This document shows positions 1 through 9,719 of a stretch of DNA of 64,000 nt, one piece after another (position 1 is the stretch's first letter; each line of letters opens with the position of its first letter). The DNA is taken from positions 384,001 to 448,000 of the forward strand of contig CAVVLJ010000017.1 of the NCBI GenBank assembly GCA_963749075.1. The letters are read 5' to 3'. Position numbers and translations under genes: made by a program. The DNA is from an uncultured Pseudomonadota bacterium (GTDB lineage: Bacteria; Pseudomonadota; Alphaproteobacteria; JACZXZ01). Under the pieces are notes generated by a model, which was not told where the DNA came from, ran no database searches, and saw only the letters and a list, made by a program, of their open reading frames with translations.

Positions 1-2
1 CC

Positions 3-971
3 GCGCTCGCCATCGCGGCGCTTGCGATCAGTTGCTTTGGCGCGCTGGTCACCCAGATGAGCGGGCTTGCCGGCGCGGCCCGGGTCTTCGGCGTGCCGGT
101 GTGGCAAGGCGTCACTCTCGCCGTGGCGATGATCTTCGTCATGGTCGTCACAGGGTCCTACCGGTCGGTCGAGCGCATCGCGATCTTTCTCGGCCTGTTC
201 GAGCTGGCATTTGTGGTGGTCGCCTGGAGGGCCGCGCCGAACATCGGGGAGATGGCCACCCAGCTTGTCCAGATGCCGCTGGGCGACGCCAACTATCTTT
301 ATCTGCTCGCGGCCAATCTCGGTACCGGCGTGATCCCCTGGACGATTCTCTACCAGCAATCGGCGAGCGTCGATAAGGGATTGACGCGAGACGACATCCG
401 CGGAGCCCGAATCGAGACATTGGCGGGAGTGATTTTGTGCCAGGTGGTGACCTCCGCAATGTTGGTGGCGGCGGGAGCGGCGTTGTACGAAAGAAGCGCC
501 GACACTGGCCTCATGGACATCGGGGACATCGCCAACGCCTTTACTCCGGTGCTCGGCGACACGGTGGGCCGCGTGGTGTTCGCTCTCGGCCTCTGCGGCG
601 GGGCCCTGGTGGCAACCGTGGTCGTGTGCCTCACCTCGGCATGGGCGATCGGCGAGGTGCTGGGGCTGCGGCATTCGCTGGAGCATCGCCCCGCCGAGGC
701 GCCCTGGTTCTATGGCGCCTTCGGGGCGATCCTCTTGGCCGGCGGCATGATCGTGGACTCGGGCATCAATCTGGTGGCTCTGGCCATCGCTGCCGGCGTC
801 GTCAATGCGCTGCTGCTGCCCGTGGTCCTCGGCTTCCAGTACCGGCTGGCGCGCACGGTGCTGGCGGCGCCCGACCGGCTCAAGGGCTGGTACGCCGTCG
901 TCGTCGGCGTGATTTTCTTCCTCACCAGCGCTGTAGGAGTTTTCGCGGGGCTCCTCGGGGCGTTCGGATGA
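3..971 (+). CDS. NRAMP/MntH-family divalent metal transporter, 5'-truncated by the window edge
   Basis: Frame open from position 3; multi-TM protein with ANLGTGVIPW...YQQSASVDKG, typical of NRAMP homologues. Confidence 0.85.
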   Translation, partial: ALAIAALAISCFGALVTQMSGLAGAARVFGVPVWQGVTLAVAMIFVMVVTGSYRSVERIAIFLGLFELAFVVVAWRAAPNIGEMATQLVQMPLGDANYLYLLAANLGTGVIPWTILYQQSASVDKGLTRDDIRGARIETLAGVILCQVVTSAMLVAAGAALYERSADTGLMDIGDIANAFTPVLGDTVGRVVFALGLCGGALVATVVVCLTSAWAIGEVLGLRHSLEHRPAEAPWFYGAFGAILLAGGMIVDSGINLVALAIAAGVVNALLLPVVLGFQYRLARTVLAAPDRLKGWYAVVVGVIFFLTSAVGVFAGLLGAFG

Positions 972-1900
972 CGGGCGAACTTTCCTGGCTGGGCCGCTCG
1001 CTGCAGATTCTCGTCGTCGACCTGCTGCTCGCCGGCGACAATGCGATCGCCATCGCACTCGTCTGCCGGTCGCTGCCGCAGGAGTGGTTGACCAGGGCCA
1101 GCCTGCTCGGCGCGGCGAGCGCCTTCGTGCCGCGCTTGTTGCTCACCGGCGTGGCGGCGAGGCTGATGGAGGTTCCCGGCTTGCGGCTGGTCGGCGCGGT
1201 GCTGCTGGCGATCATTGCCGTCAATCTCGTCGCCGCGCATGGCGAACCCGGCGAAGCGGGCACGACGGAGCGCAGCGCCGCCCCCGCCGCGAGTTTGTGG
1301 GCCGCGGGCATGGCGATCGCCGTCGTCAATCTGGCCATGAGCCTCGACAATACCGTGGCCCTCGCCGCGGTCTCCCAGGGCAGCATGCTCTACTTGGCGC
1401 TGGGTCTGGCCTTGAGCATCCCGATCCTGATGTTCGGCAACGTGGCACTGGTGATGCTGTTCCGCCGCCATCCGGGGCTGGTGGCGGCGGGCGGCGCCAT
1501 GCTCGGCTGGTGCGCCGGCGACATGGCGGCTTCCGACCCGCTCGTCCTGCCGTGGATGACGGCACAGGCACCGGCGCTGAGCGTCGTCGTTCCCATGCTG
1601 GTGGCGGTCTATGTGCTGGTGCAGGCCCGCTTCACCGTCGCGACACCCTACAGCGCCGAGCCGATCGCAACGCGGATCGTAAGCCAGCAGCCGCTGCCGC
1701 CGCGTCTCAATGCCGCCGCGGTTCCGGCGGCGGCGCCGGCTCGGCGGCCGCCGCGAGCGGTGCGGCGCGCTGCCGCGGGTGCCGCGCAGCAGCCAGCGGC
1801 TCGCCGAGCCAGCCGGAAAGAGCGCCTCGTCGTCTTCGGCCTTCTCTCCCTCGTCGTCGTCGCGGGCATCGTCCTGGGATACGTCTGGAGCATTGCCTGA
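968..1900 (+). CDS. TerC/YjbE-family membrane protein with a Pro/Ala-rich tail and C-terminal TM helix
   Basis: ATGA overlap with the NRAMP stop; motifs VVDLLLAGDNAIAIA and MSLDNTVALAA. Confidence 0.85.
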   Translation: MTGELSWLGRSLQILVVDLLLAGDNAIAIALVCRSLPQEWLTRASLLGAASAFVPRLLLTGVAARLMEVPGLRLVGAVLLAIIAVNLVAAHGEPGEAGTTERSAAPAASLWAAGMAIAVVNLAMSLDNTVALAAVSQGSMLYLALGLALSIPILMFGNVALVMLFRRHPGLVAAGGAMLGWCAGDMAASDPLVLPWMTAQAPALSVVVPMLVAVYVLVQARFTVATPYSAEPIATRIVSQQPLPPRLNAAAVPAAAPARRPPRAVRRAAAGAAQQPAARRASRKERLVVFGLLSLVVVAGIVLGYVWSIA

Positions 1901-1926
1901 GCGCGCTCCGCGTATCGGCACCGCGC

Positions 1927-3195
1927 TCAGCCGAACACGTCGTGGGTGAAGGCGGCGTACCAATCCTCCGCCTGGCGCACCGCCCGGGCGCGCACCGCGG
2001 CGCTCTCCTCCACCTTGCTGATGGCGATATCGGCGATCTTGATCGTCCCTTCGCCGGCGCGAAAGACGATGGCGTCGCTCACCGCATCGTCGGGAGCGAG
2101 ATAGGTGAAGCAGGTATTGAACAGCTTCGGCGGCGGGGGCTGGCCGCCGGCAAGCGCCGCGGCGATGGCGAAGGCGCAGACCTTGGCTTGGCTGTTGGCG
2201 GCGAAGGCGGATTTCGGCATCCGGCCGGGGGCAATCGCGTCGCCCACGAGATGGATGCCGGGATGCAACGTCGAAGCGAAGCTCTGCGGGTCGACCGGGC
2301 ACCAGCCGGACTGGTCGGCAAGCCCGGCCTCGAGCGCGAGCCGTCCGGCCGTCTGCGGCGGGATGACGTTGGCGACCGAGGCCTTGTAGGTCTCGCCCGC
2401 CGTCCTGATCGTGCGGCTCTTCGCCTCGACCGCCTCGATGCCGCCGGTGAACTCGGCGGGCAGCCATTCGATCATCCCCGGATAGTGGCGGCTCCAGCCA
2501 TCCTCGAACAGATCCTGCTCGAAGAAGCTGTCCTTGGCGTCGAGAATGAGAATCTTCGCCCGCGGCTTCCGGCGCTGGAAATAGGAGGCGACGAGGGAGG
2601 CGCGCTCGTAAGGCCCCGGCGGGCAGCGGAAGGGCTCGGGTGGTGCCGCGATGATGAAGACGCCGCCATCCTCCATCGCCTCGAGCTGGCTACGCAGCAG
2701 CCGGGTCTGCGGCCCGGCCATCCAGGCATGGGGCATGGTCTCGCTCGCGGCCTTGTCATAGCCGGCGATCGCACCCGGCCTGAAGGAGATCCCCGGGGCG
2801 ACGACGAGACGGTCGTAGGCCAGCCGCTTGCCGCTCGAGAGGCGCACGCTGCGCTTCTCGGGGTCGATCGCCGTGGCCTGGTCATGGACGAGCTTGATGC
2901 CGTGGAGCCGCGCCAGCGCCTCATAGCCGTGGGTGAGCGAGGCGAAGGAGCGCAGCCCGGCGAGATAGAGATTGCTGAAGAAGCACGTGACGTAGTGCTG
3001 CTTCGGCTCGACCAGGGTCACCGCGACCGCCGGGGCGGCGAGGGCGAGATAGCGGGCGACAGTGGCGCCGCCGATGCCGCCGCCGATCACCACCACCCGG
3101 GCCTTGGCGCCGGCGCGCGCCGGCCGCGGCGGGAGGGCGGCGAGGCAGGCAGCGCCGGCGAGGCAGCCGAGCTCGCGCCGCGTCCAGCATCTCAT
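1927..3195 (-). CDS. Flavocytochrome c sulfide dehydrogenase flavoprotein subunit (FccB/SoxF-like), Tat-exported
   Basis: TRR Tat signal, VVVIGGGIGGAT FAD-binding motif, PFRCPPGPYER, MPKSAFAANSQAK, NTCF. Confidence 0.9.
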   Translation of the reverse strand: MRCWTRRELGCLAGAACLAALPPRPARAGAKARVVVIGGGIGGATVARYLALAAPAVAVTLVEPKQHYVTCFFSNLYLAGLRSFASLTHGYEALARLHGIKLVHDQATAIDPEKRSVRLSSGKRLAYDRLVVAPGISFRPGAIAGYDKAASETMPHAWMAGPQTRLLRSQLEAMEDGGVFIIAAPPEPFRCPPGPYERASLVASYFQRRKPRAKILILDAKDSFFEQDLFEDGWSRHYPGMIEWLPAEFTGGIEAVEAKSRTIRTAGETYKASVANVIPPQTAGRLALEAGLADQSGWCPVDPQSFASTLHPGIHLVGDAIAPGRMPKSAFAANSQAKVCAFAIAAALAGGQPPPPKLFNTCFTYLAPDDAVSDAIVFRAGEGTIKIADIAISKVEESAAVRARAVRQAEDWYAAFTHDVFG

Positions 3196-3554
3196 CGCCG
3201 CCGCCCGGCCTTGCCCTCGCTCGCAAGGACATGCGCCACCGTTGCGATCTCGTCCTCGCTGAGCGCCCCGGCGACGGCATGCATGATCTGGCTTTGGCGC
3301 GCCCCCGAGCGGTAGGCGAGGATGGCGCCGGCGAGACTCTTCTCATCCCGGCCGGCGAGCGCGGGAATGGCCTTGCCGCCGCCGCGGGGCAGATGGCAGG
3401 CGGCGCAAGTGGCGGCCAGATAGGCGCCAAGCCCGTCCTCCGCGGCGGGCGCCCGGCACGGGGACGAGAGCAAGGCAGCCGCGGCGAGCGCCAAAGCCAG
3501 GCCGGACCGAGGAATGCGCCGCGGCACCCGGCCCGGATGGGACGCCGCCCTCAT
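3192..3554 (-). CDS. Mono-haem cytochrome c, probable FCSD partner
   Basis: Signal peptide, CAACH, IPALAG and QIMHAVA (Met ligand); 4-nt overlaps with both neighbours. Confidence 0.85.
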   Translation of the reverse strand: MRAASHPGRVPRRIPRSGLALALAAAALLSSPCRAPAAEDGLGAYLAATCAACHLPRGGGKAIPALAGRDEKSLAGAILAYRSGARQSQIMHAVAGALSEDEIATVAHVLASEGKAGRRR

Positions 3555-3904
3555 GCGCGGACGGTGAGCTGTTGCTCGAGCTTGTAGACGGCGCCGCCGT
3601 CCTCCTCCCAGATGAACTCGAGCCGGCCGCTGTCGCCCGCGCGCACGGTGAACTCGAGGTAGGGGTTGGCGGCCATGGCCTCGTGGAGGTCGACCGTGAA
3701 GACCGCCTCGCCGTTGTAGCGGCAGGTGAATTTGTTGATGATCTTGCGCGGAATGAGCTTGCCGTCGCTGTCGTGCCGCAAGCCGGTCTCCATCGGGTGG
3801 GTGATGAGGGTCCTGACCTGAAAGACCTCGCCCTTTGCCACTGCGCCCGGCGCCTGCACGCGCGGCGAGGGTACCGCCTCCCTGCGGCCCTCAGGCGCAG
3901 CCAT
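3551..3904 (-). CDS. soxZ: Sulfur carrier subunit SoxZ
   Basis: VRTLITHPMETGLRHD...PRKIINKF...ANPYLEF motifs. Confidence 0.9.
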   Translation of the reverse strand: MAAPEGRREAVPSPRVQAPGAVAKGEVFQVRTLITHPMETGLRHDSDGKLIPRKIINKFTCRYNGEAVFTVDLHEAMAANPYLEFTVRAGDSGRLEFIWEEDGGAVYKLEQQLTVRA

Positions 3905-4355
3905 TGGTATCCACCTTGACCCAGGTCTTGGTCATCAGGAGCCCGTCGTCGCTCATCTCCGCCACTGCGAGGACGAACTGCGGCTCGGCGAGGCGAATGC
4001 GGGTGGAGACGTGCGCCCGCCCGCTCTGCGGCGTGAAGTGGAAGTCGGCGACCTCGATGATCGGATTGCGTGGCGCTATCACGCGAACGCGCCTCACGTG
4101 GTCGGCCTCGGTCATCGGGCTGTCGACCTCGAGGGTGAGCGGCACGGTGTAACCGCTCGGGAAAGATGACGGCATCAGCAGACGAACGCGGCTCGACGCC
4201 GTGGGCACCCTGCCCGTCAGGCGCTGCAACAGCTCGCTCGCCTCGTCATCCGCGCGCGCGCGCAACGCCAGGAGAAGCGCGACGCCCGTCAGCCCCGCAC
4301 CACCCACGCCCGTGGCCGCCAACAAGGCGCGCCGCGTCAGACCGGCTCTCCGCAT
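3891..4355 (-). CDS. soxY: SoxY-like sulfur carrier with an atypical C-terminus (…VDTNGCA)
   Basis: TRRALL Tat signal, VDSPMTEADHV, RNP, STRIRLA, terminal Cys; start taken at ATG 4355. Confidence 0.8.
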   Translation of the reverse strand: MRRAGLTRRALLAATGVGGAGLTGVALLLALRARADDEASELLQRLTGRVPTASSRVRLLMPSSFPSGYTVPLTLEVDSPMTEADHVRRVRVIAPRNPIIEVADFHFTPQSGRAHVSTRIRLAEPQFVLAVAEMSDDGLLMTKTWVKVDTNGCA

Positions 4356-4466
4356 GAGCGCAACCCTTGTCGAACTCACAGCCCCGTCTCGGGAAGCGCC
4401 GAGGCGGCACAGCCCCATCCTACTCCCAGGCTCGCGCTGGCCACCGCATAAGTCTTTGGCGAGTCC

Positions 4467-4493
4467 CTGGAATTTTCTGGAATAAACTGGAAT
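4467..4493. promoter_or_regulatory. Three CTGGAAT direct repeats at 10-bp period, candidate wHTH regulator binding site
   Basis: CTGGAAT at 4467, 4477 and 4487 in the divergent soxY/regulator intergenic region. Confidence 0.6.
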
Positions 4494-4773
4494 CGCCAGC
4501 CCGCCCCAGCGCGAGCGCCAGCACCGATCAGAAATCCGCCGGCGTGCAGGCCGCCCGTCCGCTCGGCAACTTGCTGATTTAGCGAGAAAAAGCTCCCCCG
4601 GCCCTGGCCCGCGTCGGCGCTGGGGCAGCGCTCGCGATCGCGCGACGACACGGCAAGCATCACGCGGCGCACGGGTGGCCGTTTGACGAATCCAGGCTGA
4701 ATCCCTCTCTTATGTGTGTTAAGCTGCACTTTGGAAACGCTCTAAGAACTCCACAATAAATAAGGAGCGGGGC

Positions 4774-7654
4774 ATGGGGGCCCTGGACAACCTCGAGCCC
4801 GCCGTAGAATTCGGTCGCTTCCACATGCTGCGGCGGCAGAGGGAGCTGCTGATCGACGGCAAAGCGGTCGAGCTGGGCACGCGCGCATTCGATATCCTGA
4901 CGGTGCTCATCGAGGCGCGCGGCGCGCTCGTCACCAAGGACGAGCTCTTGAAGCGGGTCTGGCCGAGCACGGTCATCGAGGAGAACACGCTCCAGAGCCA
5001 TGTCCATGCCCTGCGCCGGGCGCTTGGCAAGGACCGCAATCTCATCCTGACCGAATCCGGCCGCGGCTACCGCTTCGTCGGCGAGATCAATTCACCGCCC
5101 GCGGAAAAGGCCGCCTTGCCCGAGCCCAAGCTCGCGGTCCCGGCGGCAGCGCCTCGCGGCGCGCCGCAGACCAACTTGCCGCTGATCGTCTCCGAGCTGA
5201 TCGGCCGCGAGACCGAGCTCGCCGAGGTGCTCGATCTCGTCGGCGCGCACCGCCTGGTGACCTTGACGGGTGCCGGCGGCATCGGCAAGACGCGGCTCGC
5301 GCTCGAGGCCGCGCGGCGTCTCTTGCCCGGCCTTCCCGACGGGGTGTGGCTCGCCGAGCTGGCGCCGCTCTCCGACCCCAAGCTCGTGCCGGTCACCGTT
5401 GCCTCGGCACTCGGCCTCGAGCTCAAGGCGACGCAGGCGTTCGTCAAGCGGGCGGCGGCCGCCTTGAGCGGAAAGCAGCTGATCATCCTGCTCGACAATT
5501 GCGAGCACGTCGTCGAGGTGACGGCGCACATCGCCGAGACGCTGCTGCACGCCGTAGCAGGCGTGCGCGTCCTGGCGACCAGCCGGGAGCCGTTGGGCGC
5601 CGAGGGCGAGTTCAGCTACCGCGTGCCGCCGCTCGAGATACCGCCCCTTGGCGCCCGCGGGGCGGAGGACGCGCTGCGCTACGGCTCGGTCCAGCTCTTC
5701 GTCGCGCGCGCGCGGGCGACCGATCCGCATTTTGCGCTGGACGACCGCGCGGCGGCGACCGTGGGGGCCATCTGCCGCCGCCTCGACGGCATCCCGCTCG
5801 CCCTCGAGCTTGCCGCCGCACGCACCGCGGTGCTGGGGATCAACGGGCTGGCGACACTGCTCAACGACAGCTTCCGGCTGCTGGCAAGCGGACGCCGCAC
5901 GGGATTGCCCCGCCACAAGACCCTGCATGCCACCTTCGAATGGAGCTACGGCCTGCTCGCCGATGCCGAGCGCGTCGTGCTGCGGCGCCTCGCGGTCTTT
6001 GCCGGCGGCTTCACCCTGGAAGCGGCCGGTGCGGTCGTCACCGACGGCGACATCGCCGCGGCGGAGGCGGTCGAGCGGGTCACGGACCTCATCGCCAAGT
6101 CGCTGGTCACCGCGGACGTCGGTGGCAGCGTCGCGCGCTATCGCCTGCTCGAGACGACGCGCGGCTACGCCCTCGAGAAGCTCGCCGAGAGCGGCGAGCT
6201 CGAGGCGCTGGCGCGCCGGCATGCGGATTACTACCGGAGCTTCTTCGAGCGCGCGGAGGCCGACTGGGAGAAGATGCGGACGGCCGACTGGTTGATCGCC
6301 TGCGCCCCCGAGATCGACAACGTGCGCACCGCCCTCGCCTGGGCCTTCGGGCCGGGCGGCGACGTTCTCGATCGGGGTCGCGCTCACCGCGGCCTCGGCC
6401 ACGCTCTGGCTGCAGCTGTCGCTGCTGGACGAATGCCGCCAGCATGTCGAGCGGGCGCTCGTCAGCCTCGACGCCGCGTCGGGCCGCTGGACGCATCATG
6501 AGATGCTGCTCCAGGCGGCGCTCGCGCTCTCGCTGATGCACACCAAAGGGCCCGTAGACGAGACCGCGGCGGCCTGGACCAGAGCGCTCGAGCTGGCGGA
6601 GAGCCTCGATCACGCCGAATATCGCCTGCGCGCGACCTACGGATTATGGCTCTACCGCCTGACGATCGGCGAGTATCGCATCGCGCTCGCGCTGGTCCAT
6701 ATGTTCAGAGCGCGCGCCGACAACGACAGCGATCCCGGCGAGCTCCCGACCGGACTCGGCATGACCGGCATCTCGTTGCATTATCTCGGCGATCAGGTCA
6801 ACGCGCGGGCGCATATCGAGCGCATGCTCGCCCGCTCGGCACCGAGCTACCACCGCTCGCTGGCGGTCCGCTTCGGCCTCGATCAGCGCGTGGGCGCGCT
6901 GGTTCACTTGGCGCACATCCTGTGGCTCCAGGGCTTCCCCGATCAGGCCAGGCGCGTGGCCCTTGCCGGCGTCGATGAGGCGCGCATGGCCGACCACGTC
7001 ACCTCGATCTGCTTCGCGCTGGCCAACGGCGCCTGTCCCCTAGGGATCCTGACCGGCGATCTCCCGGCCGCGGAACGGCTGGTGGCGATGCTCATCGAGC
7101 TCGCGGAGAAGCATGCCCTGGGCGTTTGGCAGGCCTACGGCATCGCCTTGAGCGGTTGGGTCTCCGCCAAACGCGGCAGCACGGCCGAGGGCGTGCGGCT
7201 CCTCGGCGCCGGCCTGCGCGCCATCCGCAAGACGCGCTTCGCGCAACGCTTGACCATGTACCTCGGCGGCCTGGCGGAGGCGCTCGGCGAGGCCGGGCAG
7301 ATTGCCGAGGGGCTGGCCACGATCGATGAGTCGCTGCGGCGCTCGGAGCGCAATGACGAGCGCTGGAACTTCGTCGAGCTCCTGCGCATCAAGGGCGAGC
7401 TCCTGCGCCGCCGCGCCGCCGCCGCTCCGGGAGCTGCGGAGGAGATCCTCATGCAAGCCCTCTCGCGCGCGCGCCGCCAGGGCGCCCTCTCCTGGGAGCT
7501 GCGCACGGCCATGAGCCTTGCCCGGCTGCGGCGCGACGACGGCCGCATCGCAGAGGCGCGCGAGCTTCTGGCGCCCATCTACGGCCGCTTCACCGAGGGC
7601 TTCGAGACCGCCGATCTTAGCGCGGCACAAGCGCTCATGCGCGAGCTGCGATAG
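4774..7654 (+). CDS. wHTH + STAND ATPase + TPR transcriptional regulator, with one frameshift at 6365-6366
   Basis: OmpR-type wHTH (…TESGRGYRF), Walker A GAGGIGKT, LLDNCEH, RRLDGIPLALELAA; removing one T in GACGTTCTCG joins ORF 4774 to ORF 6503. Confidence 0.85.
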
Positions 7655-8576
7655 CGCATTGCGGCCGCCGCTCGCCCGTGCGCTCGCCCGTGCGGAAGCG
7701 CTCGCGCACCTCCTCGCGGGCGTCGCGGTCGAGGTAGTGGGCGCCGAGTGCGGCGAGCGCTGCGATGAGGATGCCCGAAGCGCGCTTCTCGTCGCCGTAG
7801 CGCGCGGCCGAGGCCGTCTGCTGCCAGCACCATTCCTTGACCGTGCGCTCGTGGCCGACGCAGGCATAGACGATGGAGCCCGGCGGCCGGCCGAGGCCGC
7901 CGAGCGCCTTGAGCGCGTCCCAGAGCGCGTCGCCGGCCTCGATCTGCACCTCGGCGCGCCGCGGCTCGGCGTCCATGCTGCCGTCGACCTTGAGCTCGAG
8001 GGACGCCGCATGCAGGCGCTCGAGGCCGGCCACCGCGAAGTCGCGGCGGAACTGGTGCGCCGCGCGCAAAGCCATGCCGTCGATCATGCCGTCGCGCGCC
8101 ATGCGGATCCAGCGGTCGGCGACGCGCTGCGGCCGGCTCTCGGGCCCGCACTCGTCGAAGGGTGCTCGCGGCAGGGCCAGCACCTCGTCGTGGCGCTGGC
8201 GCTCGCGGGTGGCACGGAGTGCTGCCCCCTCCTCCGCGGCGCGCAGCGCCGCCGCCTCCTGCGCCCTTCTCGCGGCGAGCTCCTGGCGTTTCGCGCGCGC
8301 CGCGGCCTTGAGCCGCATCTTGAGCGCCGGCGGCGCGGCGCGGCGCTCCTCGGTCACCTCGACGACCTGCGGCCCGCCGGCCCCGGCCTCGAGGCGGAAG
8401 AGGCGCACGCTGTCGCCCTCGCGCCATTCGAAGAGCCCCGGCACGTCGAGGCGCGGTGCCGCGAGGAGCGGGCGGCCGGCGCCGTCGCGCCCGACGACGA
8501 TCGCGCCGGGCTCCGGCCGGGCGCTGCCGGCAGGGCGGCGGGCCGCCGCCGCGGCGCCGCTCATGCCATCGCTCAC
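7635..8576 (-). CDS. DUF6456-like phage-type transcription regulator (GafZ/GafA-C-terminus or Q-like candidate)
   Basis: C-terminal half RAAHQFRRDFAVAGL…ALKALGGLGRPPGSIVYACVG…VKEW…ASGILIAALAALGAHY resembles DUF6456 from memory; GTG 8576 has a GGGGAG RBS. Confidence 0.6.
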   Translation of the reverse strand: MSDGMSGAAAAARRPAGSARPEPGAIVVGRDGAGRPLLAAPRLDVPGLFEWREGDSVRLFRLEAGAGGPQVVEVTEERRAAPPALKMRLKAAARAKRQELAARRAQEAAALRAAEEGAALRATRERQRHDEVLALPRAPFDECGPESRPQRVADRWIRMARDGMIDGMALRAAHQFRRDFAVAGLERLHAASLELKVDGSMDAEPRRAEVQIEAGDALWDALKALGGLGRPPGSIVYACVGHERTVKEWCWQQTASAARYGDEKRASGILIAALAALGAHYLDRDAREEVRERFRTGERTGERRPQCAIAARA

Positions 8577-8761
8577 GGAAGCGCTCCCCAGCGCTGCGGG
8601 GCGCGTGCGCAGTCGGCGGCGAAGCGGGAAGAGGCGCGGGAGGGCGGCCGGGGAGGTCGAGCCGCCGCTCCCGCTACGGGCGCGAGCTTGGGCGATGGGG
8701 CACCTCGCGACCCGATGGTCCGTTTGGCGGCAGTCTTGTCGGTCTTGCGCCGGAGAGACAT
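8573..8761 (-). CDS. Small basic ORF (62 aa) in the cro position
   Basis: First ORF after the leftward promoter; its TGA overlaps the next GTG (GTGA); no recognisable domain. Confidence 0.3.
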   Translation of the reverse strand: MSLRRKTDKTAAKRTIGSRGAPSPKLAPVAGAAARPPRPPSRASSRFAADCARAPQRWGALP

Positions 8762-8804
8762 GGCCTGGCATGCCGCGGAAGAATTCAAGGGATGTTTCGC
8801 AGAG

Positions 8805-8833
8805 ACGATACATTACGTATCGCTCCGTGTCAA
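8805..8833 (-). promoter_or_regulatory. Leftward sigma70-type promoter TTGACA-17-TATCGT
   Basis: On the + strand TGTCAA is at 8828-8833 and ACGATA at 8805-8810; both overlap operators. Confidence 0.75.
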
Positions 8834-8882
8834 TACGCATAGTATCGTACAAGCCCCGCCGGCGCCGCTACAATTTGTATCG
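8806..8882. promoter_or_regulatory. Operator cluster 1: three 17-bp palindromes CGATAC-N5-GTATCG
   Basis: CGATACATTACGTATCG 8806-8822; CAATACGCATAGTATCG 8831-8847; CGCTACAATTTGTATCG 8866-8882. Confidence 0.85.
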
Positions 8883-9380
8883 ATGGCGCAACGTCCGCAT
8901 GACCGGCTCCGCGAGGCACGGGAGGGTGCCGGCTATCCGACCGCCGCCGCCTTCGCCAAGAGCCACGATCTGCCGGAGAGCACCTACCGCAGCCACGAGA
9001 ACGGCGCGCGCGGCCTGACGCTGCCCTCGGCGCGGCTCTATGCCGATCTCCTGGGCGTGCCGTGGACCTGGCTCATGACCGGGGAGGCGGCCGCCGCGGC
9101 GGACGGCAGCGAGGGGCCGCCGCGCACGGGCAAGGGTGCTTCGCCGCGTCCGACGCCGCCCGCGCGCCGCGCGCGCATCGACATCGAGGTGCTCTCTGCC
9201 ATCATCGAGCGCGTCGAGGCCAACCTCGCGCGCCGCCGCCGCACCATGAGCCCGCTGCACAAGGGCGAGCTCATCGCCAACAGCTACGCGCTGGTCGAGG
9301 AGCTCGGCCTCGAGGCCGCCACGCGGGCGCTGCGCACGGGCTTGCGCGTGCGCAAGCACTCCCAGGCCCAGAGCGCCTGA
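8883..9380 (+). CDS. XRE/CI-like HTH repressor (165 aa), no S24 peptidase domain, apparently leaderless
   Basis: RLREAREGAGYPTAAAFAKSHDLPESTYRSHENGARGL…YADLLGVPWTWLMTGE; -10 TACAAT at 8869-8874, 8 nt before the ATG, and no RBS. Confidence 0.85.
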   Translation: MAQRPHDRLREAREGAGYPTAAAFAKSHDLPESTYRSHENGARGLTLPSARLYADLLGVPWTWLMTGEAAAAADGSEGPPRTGKGASPRPTPPARRARIDIEVLSAIIERVEANLARRRRTMSPLHKGELIANSYALVEELGLEAATRALRTGLRVRKHSQAQSA

Positions 9381-9557
9381 GCCCGCCCCCGGAGCGCCCC
9401 CGCCGGCAACCGCCGCACCGCCCGCAGCCGCCCGCGCGGGGCCGCTTGCCGCGCTTCGCATGGCCGCGCCGGCCGCACGGTGCTCGACGTGCGCGCCTCG
9501 CGCCGGAAGGCTGCAAGAGACCGGGTTTCTCGTCCTTCACACGCGAGAAAATGTAAC

Positions 9558-9587
9558 TTGACGCAATCGTAGCGTGTATATTAGCCT
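9558..9587 (+). promoter_or_regulatory. Candidate sigma70 promoter TTGACG-18-TAGCCT
   Basis: AT-rich patch with -35 at 9558-9563 and -10 at 9582-9587. Confidence 0.5.
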
Positions 9588-9594
9588 CGTATAT

Positions 9595-9697
9595 CCCCCG
9601 CGGTAGTGGGGGTGGGCTGCTGGCAACAGCCCACCAGCGCGGTCCGCCCCGCGCTCAACCAGAAAGCGCTGCCCACCCGCTGGGGTACCCCAGCGGG
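9595..9697 (+). ncRNA. Candidate structured leader or antisense RNA with four consecutive hairpins
   Basis: Stems at 9595-9612, 9611-9635, 9636-9655 and a perfect 22-bp palindrome at 9676-9697. Confidence 0.45.
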
Positions 9698-9719
9698 CTC
9701 AGCCTAGCACAGGCGCACC

